Source: Catajapyx aquilonaris (taxonomy: Eukaryota). From it: a DNA stretch of 64,000 nt. The stretch is taken from the NCBI GenBank assembly GCA_000934665.2, contig KZ538434.1:1-64000 (forward strand). The letters run 5' to 3'. Of this stretch, positions 1 to 13,450 are shown in pieces (positions within the stretch are counted from its first letter, which is position 1; every line of letters starts with the position of its first letter). The notes under the pieces are model-generated. The model searched no databases and was not told the origin of the DNA. It worked only from the letters and a program-made list of their open reading frames with translations. The translations under genes and the position numbers were made by a program.

Positions 1-1107
1 TTCAATTGGATGTGGGTTTCACATATATTTTTTTAAAAAAAATCGAAGACCATGACTGGGCACCCACCGTCTGGATTGAAATGGAACCAGCCTACAGCAA
101 CAAAGACTGTCACAGACACATCTTTTTGTATTTCCTAATGCACATTCCTTGCGAATCCCAGGACATTCACTGCATTGACGAAAATCGCACTCTAAATATG
201 AGGAAAAAAATAAAACCTATCAGCACTTCAGCAGAAGCATATGCCATTCTCATCAGTCATTAATTTTTGCGGGTAAAGTCAGATATTCGACACTCGGTGC
301 CTACACTATTGAGGTCAGATTGTAATCATGGGATACCAACAGATTAGAGTTCTGTTGGCATCACTAGTTGGCGCCAATTTTTTTTTTTCCTGATGTCGAC
401 ATATGACAGCATCAGGTCTTAGGATATTGAGGAACCTTGAGAACATGTGTCGTCGACACGATTTAGGAAGAGTTATAGGAATCACAAGAATTGCAGCTGG
501 ACATGTGGCCAGAGCATATTGTGAAGGGCCAGAGTGGCTTCAAAATCAGGAAATGGTAGGTTTCATTTTCATAAGGTGTTTATATTATTGTGCTCAAATT
601 TGAAATGGTCTCCTTGTCCCACATTCAGGTGAACCTGTACAACGTCAATCACAGCACAAATGTTTATACTCATATATTCACACACTTCTGTCACATCCAG
701 AATGCCACATAGGACATACCAGGACTTGGAGAAGTACCTTCGGCCAATGCGACTGCAAGGCCAATATGGTTTTGGGTGCAAGTCAGAACAAGGATTATGA
801 CATCAGAGTCTTATTTTTGTTTATTTCATGTAATTTTGTGTATTTATAGATAAAATAAAGTGTAAATGGGTCATTTAAGTTCTGTGTGGAATGTTAATTA
901 TTTATAATTATGTGTAGTATTTTTTCCCTTAAATTGGCGGGGTGGGGCAAATGGATGGGGGTGTGTTGGCGTCACCGTTGATGATGTATACGCTGGGGGT
1001 GGGGGACATTCGAATTTTTTGCCTACGCAGCTGCATGCACACCTGCAGATGTTTACGTCATACACCATTTGCTAGTCAGGACATCAGTCAGTACCCAGAC
1101 AGTATTT

Positions 1108-1779
1108 ATATAAACTGTATGTCTGGTGAAAGCTTGGAATGCCCTCCACCAGGGGTTTTTATTACTTTTCCACTAGTCACCATCTATAGCCACACAGAAA
1201 TGCCATCTTCAGACCAGTTGTTGCATCCTGTTGGAGTAGAAATCAGGTGTCTTCTCCCGGCACCAGTGATGCACATCTGCTTGCACCTCTGCATGCCTGG
1301 TGTAATAGTGTACCTTCTGGTGTTCTTTCACCTTGTGAAAAGGACAAAGTTGCAAAATGAGAGATCCAGGCTGTACGAAATTTGAGATGCTGAAATGCAT
1401 CCTGAGTTACTCAACTCATGCATGGAAGGCATTGTCACATTGATATACACCCCAGATCTCGCACCTTGCGACTTTTTCCTTTTCATGAAGCTGAAAATAC
1501 ACCCGAAGGGACACCATTACACTAGTGACGCAGAGGTGCAACCAGATGTGCATCACTGGTGCCGGGAGAAGACACCTGATTTCTTCTCCAACAGGATGCA
1601 ACAACTGGTCTGACGTTGGCGCTTCTGTGTGGCTAGAGATGGTGACTTAGTGAGAAAAGTAATGAAACCTTCTGGTAGAGGACACTGCAACCTTTCACCA
1701 GACATACAGTTTATGTGAGTATCTTGCGTATTATTGAAATTATCACTTAGGAGGCAAAACTCTTCAAATCAACCTCGTA
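1108..1779. mobile_element. Fold-back element made of two inverted copies of a mariner (DD34D) transposase 3' end
   Basis: Arms ~1108-1376 and ~1445-1714 are reverse complements. The + arm reads YTPDLAPCDFFLFMKLK…GHHYTSDAEVQ…WCREKTPDFF…LV*RW..CV..DGD (mariner YSPDLAPSD motif). The right end terminates …CCTCGTA. Confidence 0.85.
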
Positions 1780-2049
1780 TGTGGAATATTTTTAAAACTG
1801 CGCCATTCTATGGCCATGTAATGGCTTCTTTCTCTGAAGACTGGTCAGAGTTAACCAGTACATTTTGAGCACAAAGACAACCTAATCTCCAAACAGGAAA
1901 AATATAAACAAAAACAACAAACAAGCTGCTCATAAAATTCTTGCTATAGCCCCAGCATACATTAAACAAACAGCTTTAAAAGAAGATGTCAAGAAGTCAA
2001 AAGTTAAGTAAAGCATTTGCTATAATTATTTACTGGAAAGGCTCCTTAC

Positions 2050-5000
2050 TTTGAGCTTTTGCACCTTCCCCTTGAGAGATGAGTGTGTCCCAATATGCTG
2101 GAAAAGGGACGGCTTGTATTGCACCCACAACTTGTCTTTGGCCTTTCGACATGCTTTCTGCAATAGAAAATGCAGTCAACAACATATTCGGAGACAATAA
2201 CGAGGCTGATCAGAATTTGAAACCCACAGTGTCCCTGTCCAGCCTGCAGGCACGGGTCTGTATGAGATTATCCAGCAGCCAGTCGACAGGCTTATCGTTG
2301 TAGAACATCAAGAAAAACTGGATCAGCCAGCCTAATTCTGCGCATTTGAACAGCTTACCTGAAGTGACACAAAAAATATTTAGTATGCAAGGTATTGTTA
2401 AAATTCCCAAACATACCCTACAAGTGAAAATCCTTCATATAGTATTATATTAATTCTAATTCATTGATTCACTGAACTTTCCCCCAACTCTCATCATATT
2501 TGCTTCAAATTGTCAAAATTACAGGATTATTATGAGAGAAACTGACACTTTTCAATGTTTGATAGAAACCAAAGTATTATTGACAGCTAGTCAAAGTACT
2601 TAGATGGTTTATTAGGATATATCTTTAAGTTTTTATGACTAAGTTACATTTATTCTCCGTGTAAGCTTTTTGTCACTCGACAGACACCAATGCGATAATG
2701 CAATATTGATCCCAAACATACTGAAGTATGTTTTCGTCAACATTCGTAACAGCTGTCGTGATGCATTGTTTTAAATCGTTTACCCTTACAGGAAGTGGTA
2801 CAAAAAATTGTCTTTGATATATCCCAAGGAAACATCACAACACTTTAGATTCAGACTTGTTGGCGGCCAACGTGTCACTGCCATTTTCTGGTCTGTTGAG
2901 CGTCCAATCCAATCTTGAGGCAGATTTTGATCCAGGTAATTTCGAAGCTCCATGTGCCACTGAGCTCCATCTTGGATGAAATGAAGTTTTCAGTCTTCTT
3001 GGAGTTGAGGCACAGCTGGATCAAAATCTGCTTCTACGTTGAATTATCGTATTAATATCATCATGTGACAAAAGGTTCACATGTAGAACAATTGTAACTT
3101 TGTCATACAAACTTAAAGACATATATTACCGTATTACGTCACTTAAAGCGGCATGCCGGTGTAGTCGAGGTCGACCAGTTTTTAGAAAAGCACAATCTGG
3201 CGGCTATACCGGCATGCCGGTACAGTGAAACTTGCCCATTACGGACCCTGGGTATAGCGGAAACCTATCCACTGCGGAATTTTTTCTGGAAACAAGCGTA
3301 TGTATAGGACATGCAATGTATTTTTTTGACAGATATTACGGAACCTGCCCAACGCAGAAATGGAAGGAATTTTTGTCTCCCTTCAAAGAAAATCTCTGTT
3401 CATAACAGAAATCAAAACGTTCACATGATCTCCTGCGAGTCACAAAAATAGACACTACAGCTGGGCTCATTCCCGACCCTCCCAGGAGGCCTCTGAATAA
3501 CCCTTTTTGGACCGTCCTTTCACCATACTGTGTCTCCTGATTGCTGGAATTGCTATCGGCCAATGGCCTTGAAGATATTTGAGAGGAAAGGGGACTATTT
3601 TTGGTTGGAAAACGGTGATGCAGCTGGTTGGGGAGGGGGCCAAAAAGATTGTGACTTGTGATTCATAGGTGCCCTGCCTTCAAGTTCACTGTTCAGTCCA
3701 GTTTTAAAATGTTGAGGAAGAGGAAGGGGGCTGACAATGGCTCAACGTATTGCTCATGTCCGGGCAGATAGTCCAAAAGAGCAGGCAAAATTTATAGCCC
3801 AAAGACATGGTATCGCAAAACTTAGTGTTTCAAATGGATGGCTGGAAAGTTTCCACAACAGGCACAGAATTTCGCGAAAAAAAGTGTGTGGTGTCTGTGT
3901 GGTGGACTGATTTTGCACCATATTGAATTATTGGGATTATTTTAGCTCTCCCCATTTTCCTCTCTTTCTCACCGGCAAGAAAACTTCGTAACGTCCTTGA
4001 TCTGAATATAGGGGAAACCTATCCATTACGGAAAATTTTTAGGGTCCCGGACTCAAATGAATGCATCACAGCATGTTCTATGGTGCAGTACAGCCCAGGA
4101 CACTTCTATTGCCTGACACATCCCATAAGATTGTTCGTTAAGTTTTTTCATGGCAACATTTTCAATTCAAAGTGCAAGGCTGAAAGAAGAGAAGCATACC
4201 TGCCAGGATATTTCATACATTTGGTTGAATTTTATTATCTGAGTAACGAGGCTTCTCAGACAAAATGATACCACTATGCAAAGTGATCCTCTGATTGCCA
4301 ACAAGATCTCCGACCAGTGAACTATTGAGCGAAAGGAAGGACCAAAGAAATTTGCCTTGATCCATCATTGATCATGATTGGTCACACTCTATGCCCTGTC
4401 CAACAGATGAACTTGCATATTCTCACAGCCCTGTAGGCCCGCACTTGCACAATTTTCACCATAACATTATTTTAGTACAATACCAGAGGCATTCCAAAAA
4501 CATTTTTCGAACGACAAATGGAGCTTATATTGAAACAAACTTATGGTCAGACAAAAACTTTAGACATTTCTTAGCATTTCGAAATTTCAACCATTTAGAT
4601 ATGTCAACAAGTTTTCGAGTCATAGGATTTCAAAATACGCACATTCTTTTTCGATCACCCTGTATTTAACACAGCACCACTCCACCTCCCCTTGCTATAA
4701 GTATCGCAATATTTGAATGGCCCTCTGGAACAAAAGCCCAAGTCCAGTCCAAGAAATAGGTGGGCATGAAGGACATTTTTTTTCCTGGGCATGGCAATGA
4801 GCCCTAGGCATTTGACTTCGTGAAACAGATCCGTAAAGGCCACCCGAATATATGGTGAAATTCCCGCATCGATACAACAATCAGGGGAACCGTATTTTGC
4901 AATTTACTGATTTGGACTTGGGCTTTTGTTCCGTTGGGAATGATGGACTTGGGCTTTTGTTCCAGAGGAACGTGGATTGCTGAAAACGAATTCTGTTCAG

Positions 5001-8000
5001 TGGCTGCTAATATTAAACACAGTTTGCGCGATGAAGCAACATTATGCCGTACCAATATTGCTTTCACAGGGTCAAATATACGTAGGCCTACTGTACATGC
5101 CTATATGGTACTCCCAAATGACCATTCGACAACAGTTGATATTCTTTCTTGCTGCATACTCGTGTTGCACTGGTGGACATGTCATTCCTATCTGGTCAGT
5201 CAGACAGGAGGTGTACGCTGACCGAGGCCGTCTTCAGTTGAACTCGAGGATGCGACTCTGCCAGACGTCAAAGTGACACGTGCTGGGTGTTGATTGGCCT
5301 TGCCTGCTTGCCCAGCATACGTCATTTTGAAGTCAGGCAGAGTCACATCCTTGAGTTCAACTCAAGACGGCCTCGGCCAGTATACCCCTCTTGGTGTCTG
5401 ACTGACTCCAAAGGAATGACATGCCCACCAGTGGAACACGAGTATGCAGCAAGAAAGAATATCAACTGTTGTCGAATGGTCATTTGGGAGTACCATATAG
5501 GCATGTACAGTAGGCCTACGTATATTTGACCCTGTGAAAGCAATATTGGTACGACATAATGTTGCTTCATCGCGCAAAGTGTGTTTAATATTTTCAGCCA
5601 CTGAACATAATTCTTTTCAGCAATCCACGTTCCTATGGAACAAAAGCCCAAGTCCATTCCCCACGGAACAAAAGCCCAAGTCCAAATCAGTAAATTGCAA
5701 AATACGGTTCCCCTGATTGTTGGATCGATGCGGGAATTTCACCATATATTCGGGTGGCCTTTACGGACCTGTTTCACGAAGTCAAATGCCTAGGGCTCGT
5801 TGCCATGCCCAGGAAAAAAATATTTCCTTCATGCCCACCCATTTCTTGGACTGGACTTGGGCTTTTGTTCCAGAGGGCCATTAATTTATGGTTACTGGAA
5901 ATTTGCTAAATAAGCACAATTTTTGTAATCACTTCCTTTTGGACCACCTATTTACAGGATGTTCTAATTACAAGGCATATTTTAGTTAGCAAATTTTAGG
6001 CACTAAGCTGCTTATTATTAAGCAGTTACTTTGGCATGGCTATTTTCAATGGTTATCAAAAGTTTAAACACTAGCTGCTAATGTTACTTGCATGGAGCCA
6101 TCTTTTTAAACAGCTGCAATGGGGTCTGGCCCACAAATAATGGGATCAGTCATTGACGTTCGATGCCAATTGTTTCAATGAACCATTCCCAATTGGAAAT
6201 ATATGCCGTGTTCAAATGAAACATAAAGTGAGGCAATATCTCACGAGCTATTTGTCTCTGCTGAGTGCTAGTGGTATCTCTCATGCAGAGTAGTTAGTAG
6301 TCAGTATGCATGTAGTGGGCAGGAGAGCATTTTATGCAAGTCTCCCAGGGCTATGGATTTGTCCAAGCAGGCACAATATATTCACCATCATCCCTTTTCC
6401 TCATCAAGGAAGGAACTTCACCAGTGAACATTGTCCATTAGATGCCAAGGGCATGTGGGAAAGCCTGCTTCAACCACAACACCTTGGTGGACACCTTGGT
6501 GCAGAAAACCAGTAAGGAAATTCTCTCGATAGGTCCTCCATGCACACACGTCTGGGCGATGATTCCCTACACCTTTTGAAGAGAGTCTAGGGAGGGGTTG
6601 AAACAGACATTCCCGTGCACCTTCTGCATTTAATGGACAATGTCCACTGGTGCAGTTCCTTCCTTGATGAGGAAAAGGGATGATGGCGAGCCGTGCATGT
6701 TTGGACGAATCCATATCCCTGGCTGACTTGCATAAAATGCTCCCCTGTCCACTACATGCATATACTGACTACTAACTACTCTGCATGAAAATTAGCCATG
6801 AAAGGGCCTACTGAGATATACCACTAGCACTCAGCTGAGGCCAACAGCTCCTGAGATATTGCCTCACTTTATGTTTCATTTGAACACACCTAATACATTA
6901 CAATTCAAGCTCAGACAGCTGATTAAATTTGGGAAAATGTTAGCAGCAAATACTTATAGAAAATAAGTAAAGAAACTATGACAAGTAACTTAAAATTATG
7001 AAATTAGTGGTAAAAAATTTCTAACTTCAATGGACACTCCAACTGGAACACCCTGCATGTAACTTTCTGATCAGAGATATTAATTTTCATCCCAATGTGT
7101 ATTGTAACACACATTCAGTGGTGGGAGAGTTAAACTTACCAATAAATCCCAGCTGACAGAAGTCAAGCACAAACCAGTCCTCCTTTTTGGAAGTCCGCTG
7201 CAAAGCAAACCTCTTCATGGTGGTGATGAACCCACGCTTAGTCAGAATGTCATCTTCCAACTGGACGTAGAAGGTGCCTTTTGGCTAGGTCAAGTAGAAA
7301 TTAATGTAATAAGCAAATAAACATACTGGGTGTCTCATAATTCATACAAGAAATGTCCAATGTGAACCAGTGGATTACTTCATGACTGCAGAACCGCATT
7401 ACCAAGTAAATGGATTATGTTTCGTGTAGTATAGCATATCCTGGAAGGTTTGCATCAGACCACGCATGGGGCATGTCTAAAACTACACATTCTCTTCTGA
7501 TGGCTGGAACAGATGATGCAATCTGCCGAGTGCATGAAAACTGCATGGTCTCATTCCCTCTGCTTCCCCATAAGCTAGCCGCATACCCACTCCCTCCCTC
7601 CTAGTAACACATTGCATGGTGTTATAATTGGCAGACACCATTATCAGAAAGTAATACCAGTAAGTTAATATCCCCGTAAGCAAAACACTCCTCATATGTG
7701 GGCTTGAAGTAATTGCGAAATGCACTTCTCAAAACGGGCAGACTCTGAAATGCTCTTTTTAAGAAGGCCAGAACGCTTTTCTGGACTACAGAAAAATGTC
7801 AGGACACGAATTTAGTGTTGTGGCAGTTTCTCGTTACCCACTACGTAGATGGTGGATGCTGGAAATAAATCACCCTATTGTTGTTATCTACATGGCGTAG
7901 TGGGAACAAGAAACTGCCACAATGCATTATGGGCTTTTTCCGAACCAGCGACGACGTTAATCTCAGTAACTAGATTGAAGAGACCAAATGACACTCCTCC

Positions 8001-10776
8001 ACAGCCCCGGACACTCTACCATTGAAAAAAAATTCAATATGTCATAAGCTGTGATTTTGTTGGTCAATAATGTGTGCAATGACACTATCCATGGTATTAA
8101 GATTGTCATTGTTGTACTGGGTCTCAGCACCAAAATATTGAGATGACCTGTCTTATCTAATAACAGGTCCATGAAATGACTTCACAATCACAATTCCAGT
8201 TTTCTTAACCAGCTAGATAATAATGAGAACTCCTTTGAGCAACCTACCTGAGAGTACATCATGAGAAAGGCAAAATCGAGGTTCTGCTTGGTCCTCCATT
8301 GCACCCTCTCCATGGGATCTCCCAAGGTCTGTTTGAGCTTGTTCATATCTGGGTAATAAGCTTCCGGTGGAGCAATAACTTCAATGAGTCCTGACTCCAG
8401 GTGGGTCGGGTACTGCCTCTCAATCTGACTCCCAACCTGCTGCACGTAATCCAGGTCAGTCTCTGCCACAAACACCACAATTAGCGTGTCATCCTGTTCC
8501 TCTATGCTCATTGACTCAATCAAATTGTGTAGGGTGTTTAGAAGATAGCTCTGAACGTCCCTCTTCACTGTTGGGATTCCTAAGACCACTGACACTTCAA
8601 GGGAAAAGAGAAAGATAATTGCATAGATTAGTCTATTGGAAACATGCTTGCACACAATCTAACAAAACAAATTTTAAATATCCACACATTAATACACCAA
8701 TTCCAATAACGTAGATCTGATCTGTCTTTCAGGACACCTTTAATACTACTAGTCACTGACTGATAACATCTTGGGGAAGGAAGTGCTGATCTTTTGCAAA
8801 GGCTATACATTGACTGCAAAGTTCTGCACCTCCACTCTGTGTGGTATAAATGTGACCATTGTGAAGCAGTAGTTTAACATCAGTAATTTAAATCAACAAT
8901 GCAATTAACATATCTCCATCCCACAGTTAGAGAAAGGCTTTGACAGAAAAACTGTTCAGGTCATGTCATATCCTCACTAAAATTACCACAATACAGTGTG
9001 TTCCAAGTGTGATTGGAACTTTCACCAGAAGCTGTTATTTTTGTGCAGGTGTTTGCTCCCTGATCAAGGTGCCCAATTATCCCCACAGGTGTGGTAAAAC
9101 ATAGCAACTGGTGATATCATGGGAACAATTGGGGTCAGCACGCAAACAGGTACACAAAAATAACAGCTTCGGGCGAAAGTTCAAATAACTAAAAGTATCC
9201 AATACTTGGAACACACTGTATAATACAGTTGTAGTTGGTTACCTGATGATAGGCCTATGACCATTTAATGGATCCTCTTTGAATTGACTTTGACTTTGCC
9301 TACGCTAGAGGTGGATTTTGCTTTTGGGAGGGAAAACATGAACACTCCCATGAAAACCCATGCGAACATGGAGAAAGTCAATCAAAACTATTTCCACATG
9401 TGAAATCCTCTGTCCAACCCAGGGATCAAACATGGGACCTCCAAGGTAGAAGGCTACACATAAACCACTACACCCCTGTACCACCCTGAAACTATCAGTC
9501 AGCCTTCAATAGTCTCAGGTGCAACTTCGTAATTTTTATATAATAAATCTCACTTTATCTGGCATGCAATGTCCAAAAAAATGAATACAAACCTCCTGAC
9601 CTTCCCTGGGACTTCTTGTAAGCAGTCTTCAAACTTTCTGGGTTCTCAAGCAGATGAGGCATGAACCCATACACACTGGGCACCATCAACTCCACATTGT
9701 GGGTCATGTTCTTTATCAATATCTGTACATCATGATCAATAATAAGGTCAGCAGTTTCTCCTCTCTTGGCTTTAGGGGAAAAAAAAACAGCAACATGACA
9801 CAATATGATATTAGTTCACCTGTCTGTGCAGTGACACAAGTGAAAAATGCACTGCAATGCAAGGTATACCTTTACAGTGTAGAAGAAACATTACCTGTTG
9901 CTAGAATATTAGTAAAGCCTTGCGAAAGGAAGAGAACATCTTCATGTCGAGCTCTATTCAGCATCTGGGCATGAAGAAGTTTTTCTCGCAGATCAGCTAT
10001 CCTTTGCACCAGGATTAACTCATCAGATAAGTCTGTAACAAAAAGTACACATATTGTAATTTTAAAGCTCTTTTCTGAATGCATCACACCCACTAAATCA
10101 ACTCGTACAAATCTTTCCATGGTCAGCAGCTGTTATTCAGCAAATGTCAATCGACAAAAGTAATGCTTCCTCAATTGCACCAGTGACCAAACTGGCTTTA
10201 AAAAAAAATAACACATGAATAGCATATACACCGCTATGTATCCTGATGTATAGTAGGGGGAGACCAGGGCTAGATGGCACACTTTTTACGTTTCATTTTT
10301 TTCTGTGGCCAGTTAAGACTTATTCACTGTAGTTTTTATACTAATAAATACTTTAGACATTTGAGAATATAATTATGTGATATTTTCGCATGGTGGCATT
10401 TTAGATATGCTATTGACTAGCAAAATTATTTTCCTGGTGTTTAATTTATTTGCATTCATACAACCAGGTCCAACAAGATGGATAAATATTTCTATTGATA
10501 TGAAAGCAGAAAATTGTTGCCTCAGTTAACTATTGTTAATGGGGACTTTAAGATGCACCCAACAACCACTTGATTAATTGGTCCATTAACCCACGGGTGA
10601 GCAACTGTATGTAAGCATGACACTAAAAAACTGGCACTGTTAATGAAATGAACACAAAATATTTCAACAAGATTACCAGGATTAGAGATGGCGATGAGTA
10701 GGGTGGAAGGCACCCCAACCAGGAGGATTAAGAAGATGCCGTTGCGTTTCCATCGAGGCAGTGAGGTCAGATTCAT
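2050..10776 (-). CDS. MGAT4B: Alpha-1,3-mannosyl-glycoprotein 4-beta-N-acetylglucosaminyltransferase (MGAT4A/B-like, GT54); 3'-partial, spliced
   Basis: Coding exons (minus): 10677-10776, 9895-10032, 9593-9769, 8248-8594, 7140-7284, 2228-2358, 2050-2157. All are GT-AG with matching phases and give 382 codons. N-terminal type II signal-anchor ([23 protein letters not shown]). GT54 motifs: [83 protein letters not shown]. The C-terminal lectin-domain exons are not found in the window. A/B paralog naming is not resolvable in invertebrates. Confidence 0.93.
3220..4050 (+). mobile_element. Degenerate pogo/Tigger transposon remnant
   Basis: Starts TACAGTGAAAC. About 3823-3892 encodes [23 protein letters not shown] (CENP-B-type HTH motif, S.GWL..F..RH.I). 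Internal repeats ggaaacctatcca. Confidence 0.65.
4716..5882. mobile_element. Long non-autonomous fold-back element (~560-bp near-identical inverted arms) in MGAT4 intron
   Basis: Ends TGGCCCTCTGGAACAAAAGCCCAAGTCC…GGACTTGGGCTTTTGTTCCAGAGGGCCA. Arms ~4716-5275 and ~5325-5882. The mirror-image ORFs in the ORF track are an artefact of the palindrome. Confidence 0.9.
6203..6892. mobile_element. Palindromic Tc1/mariner-type MITE, apparently nested in an older TACAGG…CCCTGCA element (~5953-7057)
   Basis: gtgttcaaatgaaacataaagtgaggcaatatctc at 6208 pairs with gagatattgcctcactttatgtttcatttgaacac ending ~6888. The arms stay alignable towards the centre (~6500-6560). Confidence 0.8.
8992..9220. mobile_element. 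Tc1/mariner-type MITE
   Basis: TA|CAGTGTGTTCCAAGT…ACTTGGAACACACTG|TA termini, with internal inverted gaagctgttatttttgtg. Confidence 0.8.
9300..9487 (-). mobile_element. Degenerate copy of SINE family B
   Basis: Aligns by eye to 40920-41075 (gaaaaccca.gcgaaca.ggaga…ggatc.aac..gggacct…ggt.gaaggct). Confidence 0.65.
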
Positions 10777-11470
10777 GGCACCACGGCATACAGAGGTCTC
10801 TTGTAGGCTCTCCTGCAATGATGATAAAAATGCAGGCATAATTAGTGGAAAGGAAACTGATTAAACACTTCCTGTAGCAAACTTCCTTCAAGTGAAAATT
10901 CACCATCGAGTAATGACTGGCCTTGATAACGTCCCCTTTTGTTGGTTTTAAAAATTGATACTAAGTTGGTGCGGTGCAATATCTTTTTTCTTTCTGCGAC
11001 TTTAGACTCAATCAATATTGACCAAGTTGTCAAACAGCTAATGACATTTACTCACTCAAGTTCTTACCCGCTCCTAAAAATCAATGTCAAGTGAGATGAA
11101 CAAGTTGTAGCATGGTTTGTCCAAGAAAAATAATTTCTGCACACTCCCCAACCAATAATGAGTAAAACAAGAATGTTTTTCATTTACAACACTAAAAAGT
11201 GAACAGGAAAGAATATACTGTGTGTTTCATAATTTAGTGCAAAAATGTCAGGTACATCTTTAAGTTCTGTTGGCGTGCAGATGGGGGAGGCTTAAAGTAG
11301 AGGGGAGTTACACATCCGGATGGCCTTCACCAGCTCATATGGACAGGATCAGGAGTACCAATCTGATGCAGGAATATCTACAACATCTCAATAGATGTGG
11401 ATGTGAGCCAAATTATCAAACATGTGATGATCAGTTTTCAGAATTGCTCATTATTCACTAAAAGCAACAT

Positions 11471-11588
<118 letters not shown>

Positions 11589-13335
11589 CGACATTTCCCT
11601 ATAAGGGGTAGTCAGCGATGATGGGAGCCACAAGCTAACCCAAAATATGAATATGAATATAATAATATACTACTAAATCATTGTGCAACCCTGTATGCAC
11701 AAAGAGGCAACCACTAAAATGGGGGTAATGCAATGGGAAACCAATAGTTCACATTTTAACTAAAATGATCTCAATTTTAGTGAACAGTATGCAATTATAA
11801 AAATTTAGCCTTTTCTAACATGGCCAAAAAAATTGTACGGCATAAAAATTCCCCAAGGCGCCCAATGCTTTCGGTGGCCAGCTGAACTTCAAAAACTCCT
11901 GCACAATCATGATATCAAATCTAGATTTTTCAGTTGGAGATCTCATTAAGCAAAACCTCAAGTTTCACATTTCCATGTAATATTTGTAAGGATAACATCA
12001 CTAAAAATTGAATATCCCAATAGAACAAGGGCCCATGTCCAGGTTTAAACATGTGATTCAATTATAGCGATGCATGCCAAAACAGATTATGGAACCCATC
12101 CTTTCATATAAATAGATCATCAGGTTTTTTTGGGTTGTATTATGACCTTACATTAGATGCCAGGTCTTCATGCTTACTTTACTTCAATGCTTTTGAGACA
12201 TACTGTTGTCAGCCAGGCCACATTCAATTCCAATTTAAGCTTAAAAACAACAGTGGTTCATTTTTTAAATGCTTCGTATATTCCTACTTTTCTGAAGTTT
12301 CAAAATGCAAATACTTAGGGTAAATTCCTTGTATGCCACTGCAGAGTTATTGTACAGTACTCAGCATATTTTAAATATTACATTAATTGGCAGGAAACAA
12401 TGAGGAGGGAAGGGGACAGGGGTAACGGCTCTTAACATTTCCACCTATGGATGAAAAGTGCCAAGCCTGAAGTTTCCATTTCAAGTTGTGCATGTGGATT
12501 TACAATATATCTAGATTAATCTTTCGTACAATAATAGCAAGCAAAATGGGTATTACTCTTTACTGATTCAACCGGAGAATGGTACTTGCATCCCAATGAG
12601 CAACAATGACACAGTATTCTCTGGTTGAATCTATAATAATTTCTAAGACTCATATGTTACTATGTCTGCTAAGATTTTTGAGATAATTCCCTTGTGTTGA
12701 TTTAATATCAGCTTTAGTGAACAATGTGTAATTTTAAAATATGCTGTCTACTACCAATGTCACCAAAATTACAATTTAAAAAAATTAAAATGTACTTTGC
12801 CCCACCTGTGACCATTTAAAACTTCAAAATATTGCACATTTACAACACTTTGACCTGAAGATCTCAGCACTGTATCCCTAATTTGCAATTCTGCTTTCAC
12901 TTTTCTAGTACACACTATCAAGCACAGTTTACAATAAAAATCTCAGTAACAGAGCCAAACAGGTATCCTGCAAATTCCTAATCTTATTTGCTAGCATTCT
13001 GTTAGACTAACCTAAGAACAAACAAAATAGTCACGACCAGTCTATGATACCAACATCTGTATACCTTCCCTTCCAATTAATCCTCCCTAATTCTTGCTAC
13101 CCAGTGTGACTAAAACAGATAAGATTTGTGCACCACACAGCACAAAGTTTTGTGAGTTAGATGTCATGCAGAGACAGCACACAGCCTACAATTAAATTAT
13201 CGTGAATTAATTGTTGCCCATAATCCACCAATACCAGAATATTGGGTTGGGATTCCTAAACCATATCATAACATAACAAGCAATACAACTTCACATAAGG
13301 CAAACCTTTTAAAATGTCTTTACGCCTTACCTTAC

Positions 13336-13450
13336 CAGAGCAGTTGTCTGAAGGCCTCAATAACAAGTCAAATTTACTCTGTTATACGATTCCACTAGGT
13401 GCCATAAAATGTTGCCTCTCACTCAATGCCCTACCAAATAAGTCAGGTGA
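13336..13450 (-). other. Possible non-coding 5' UTR exon of the MGAT4 gene
   Basis: Minus strand has the acceptor attgtttcag| and the donor ctctg|gtaagg flanking a 115-nt segment upstream of the ATG exon. Splice-site evidence only. Confidence 0.35.

Noticed and set aside
4804..5716. Pairs of near-identical ORFs on opposite strands
   Set aside because: A product of the palindromic element; no recognisable protein motifs.
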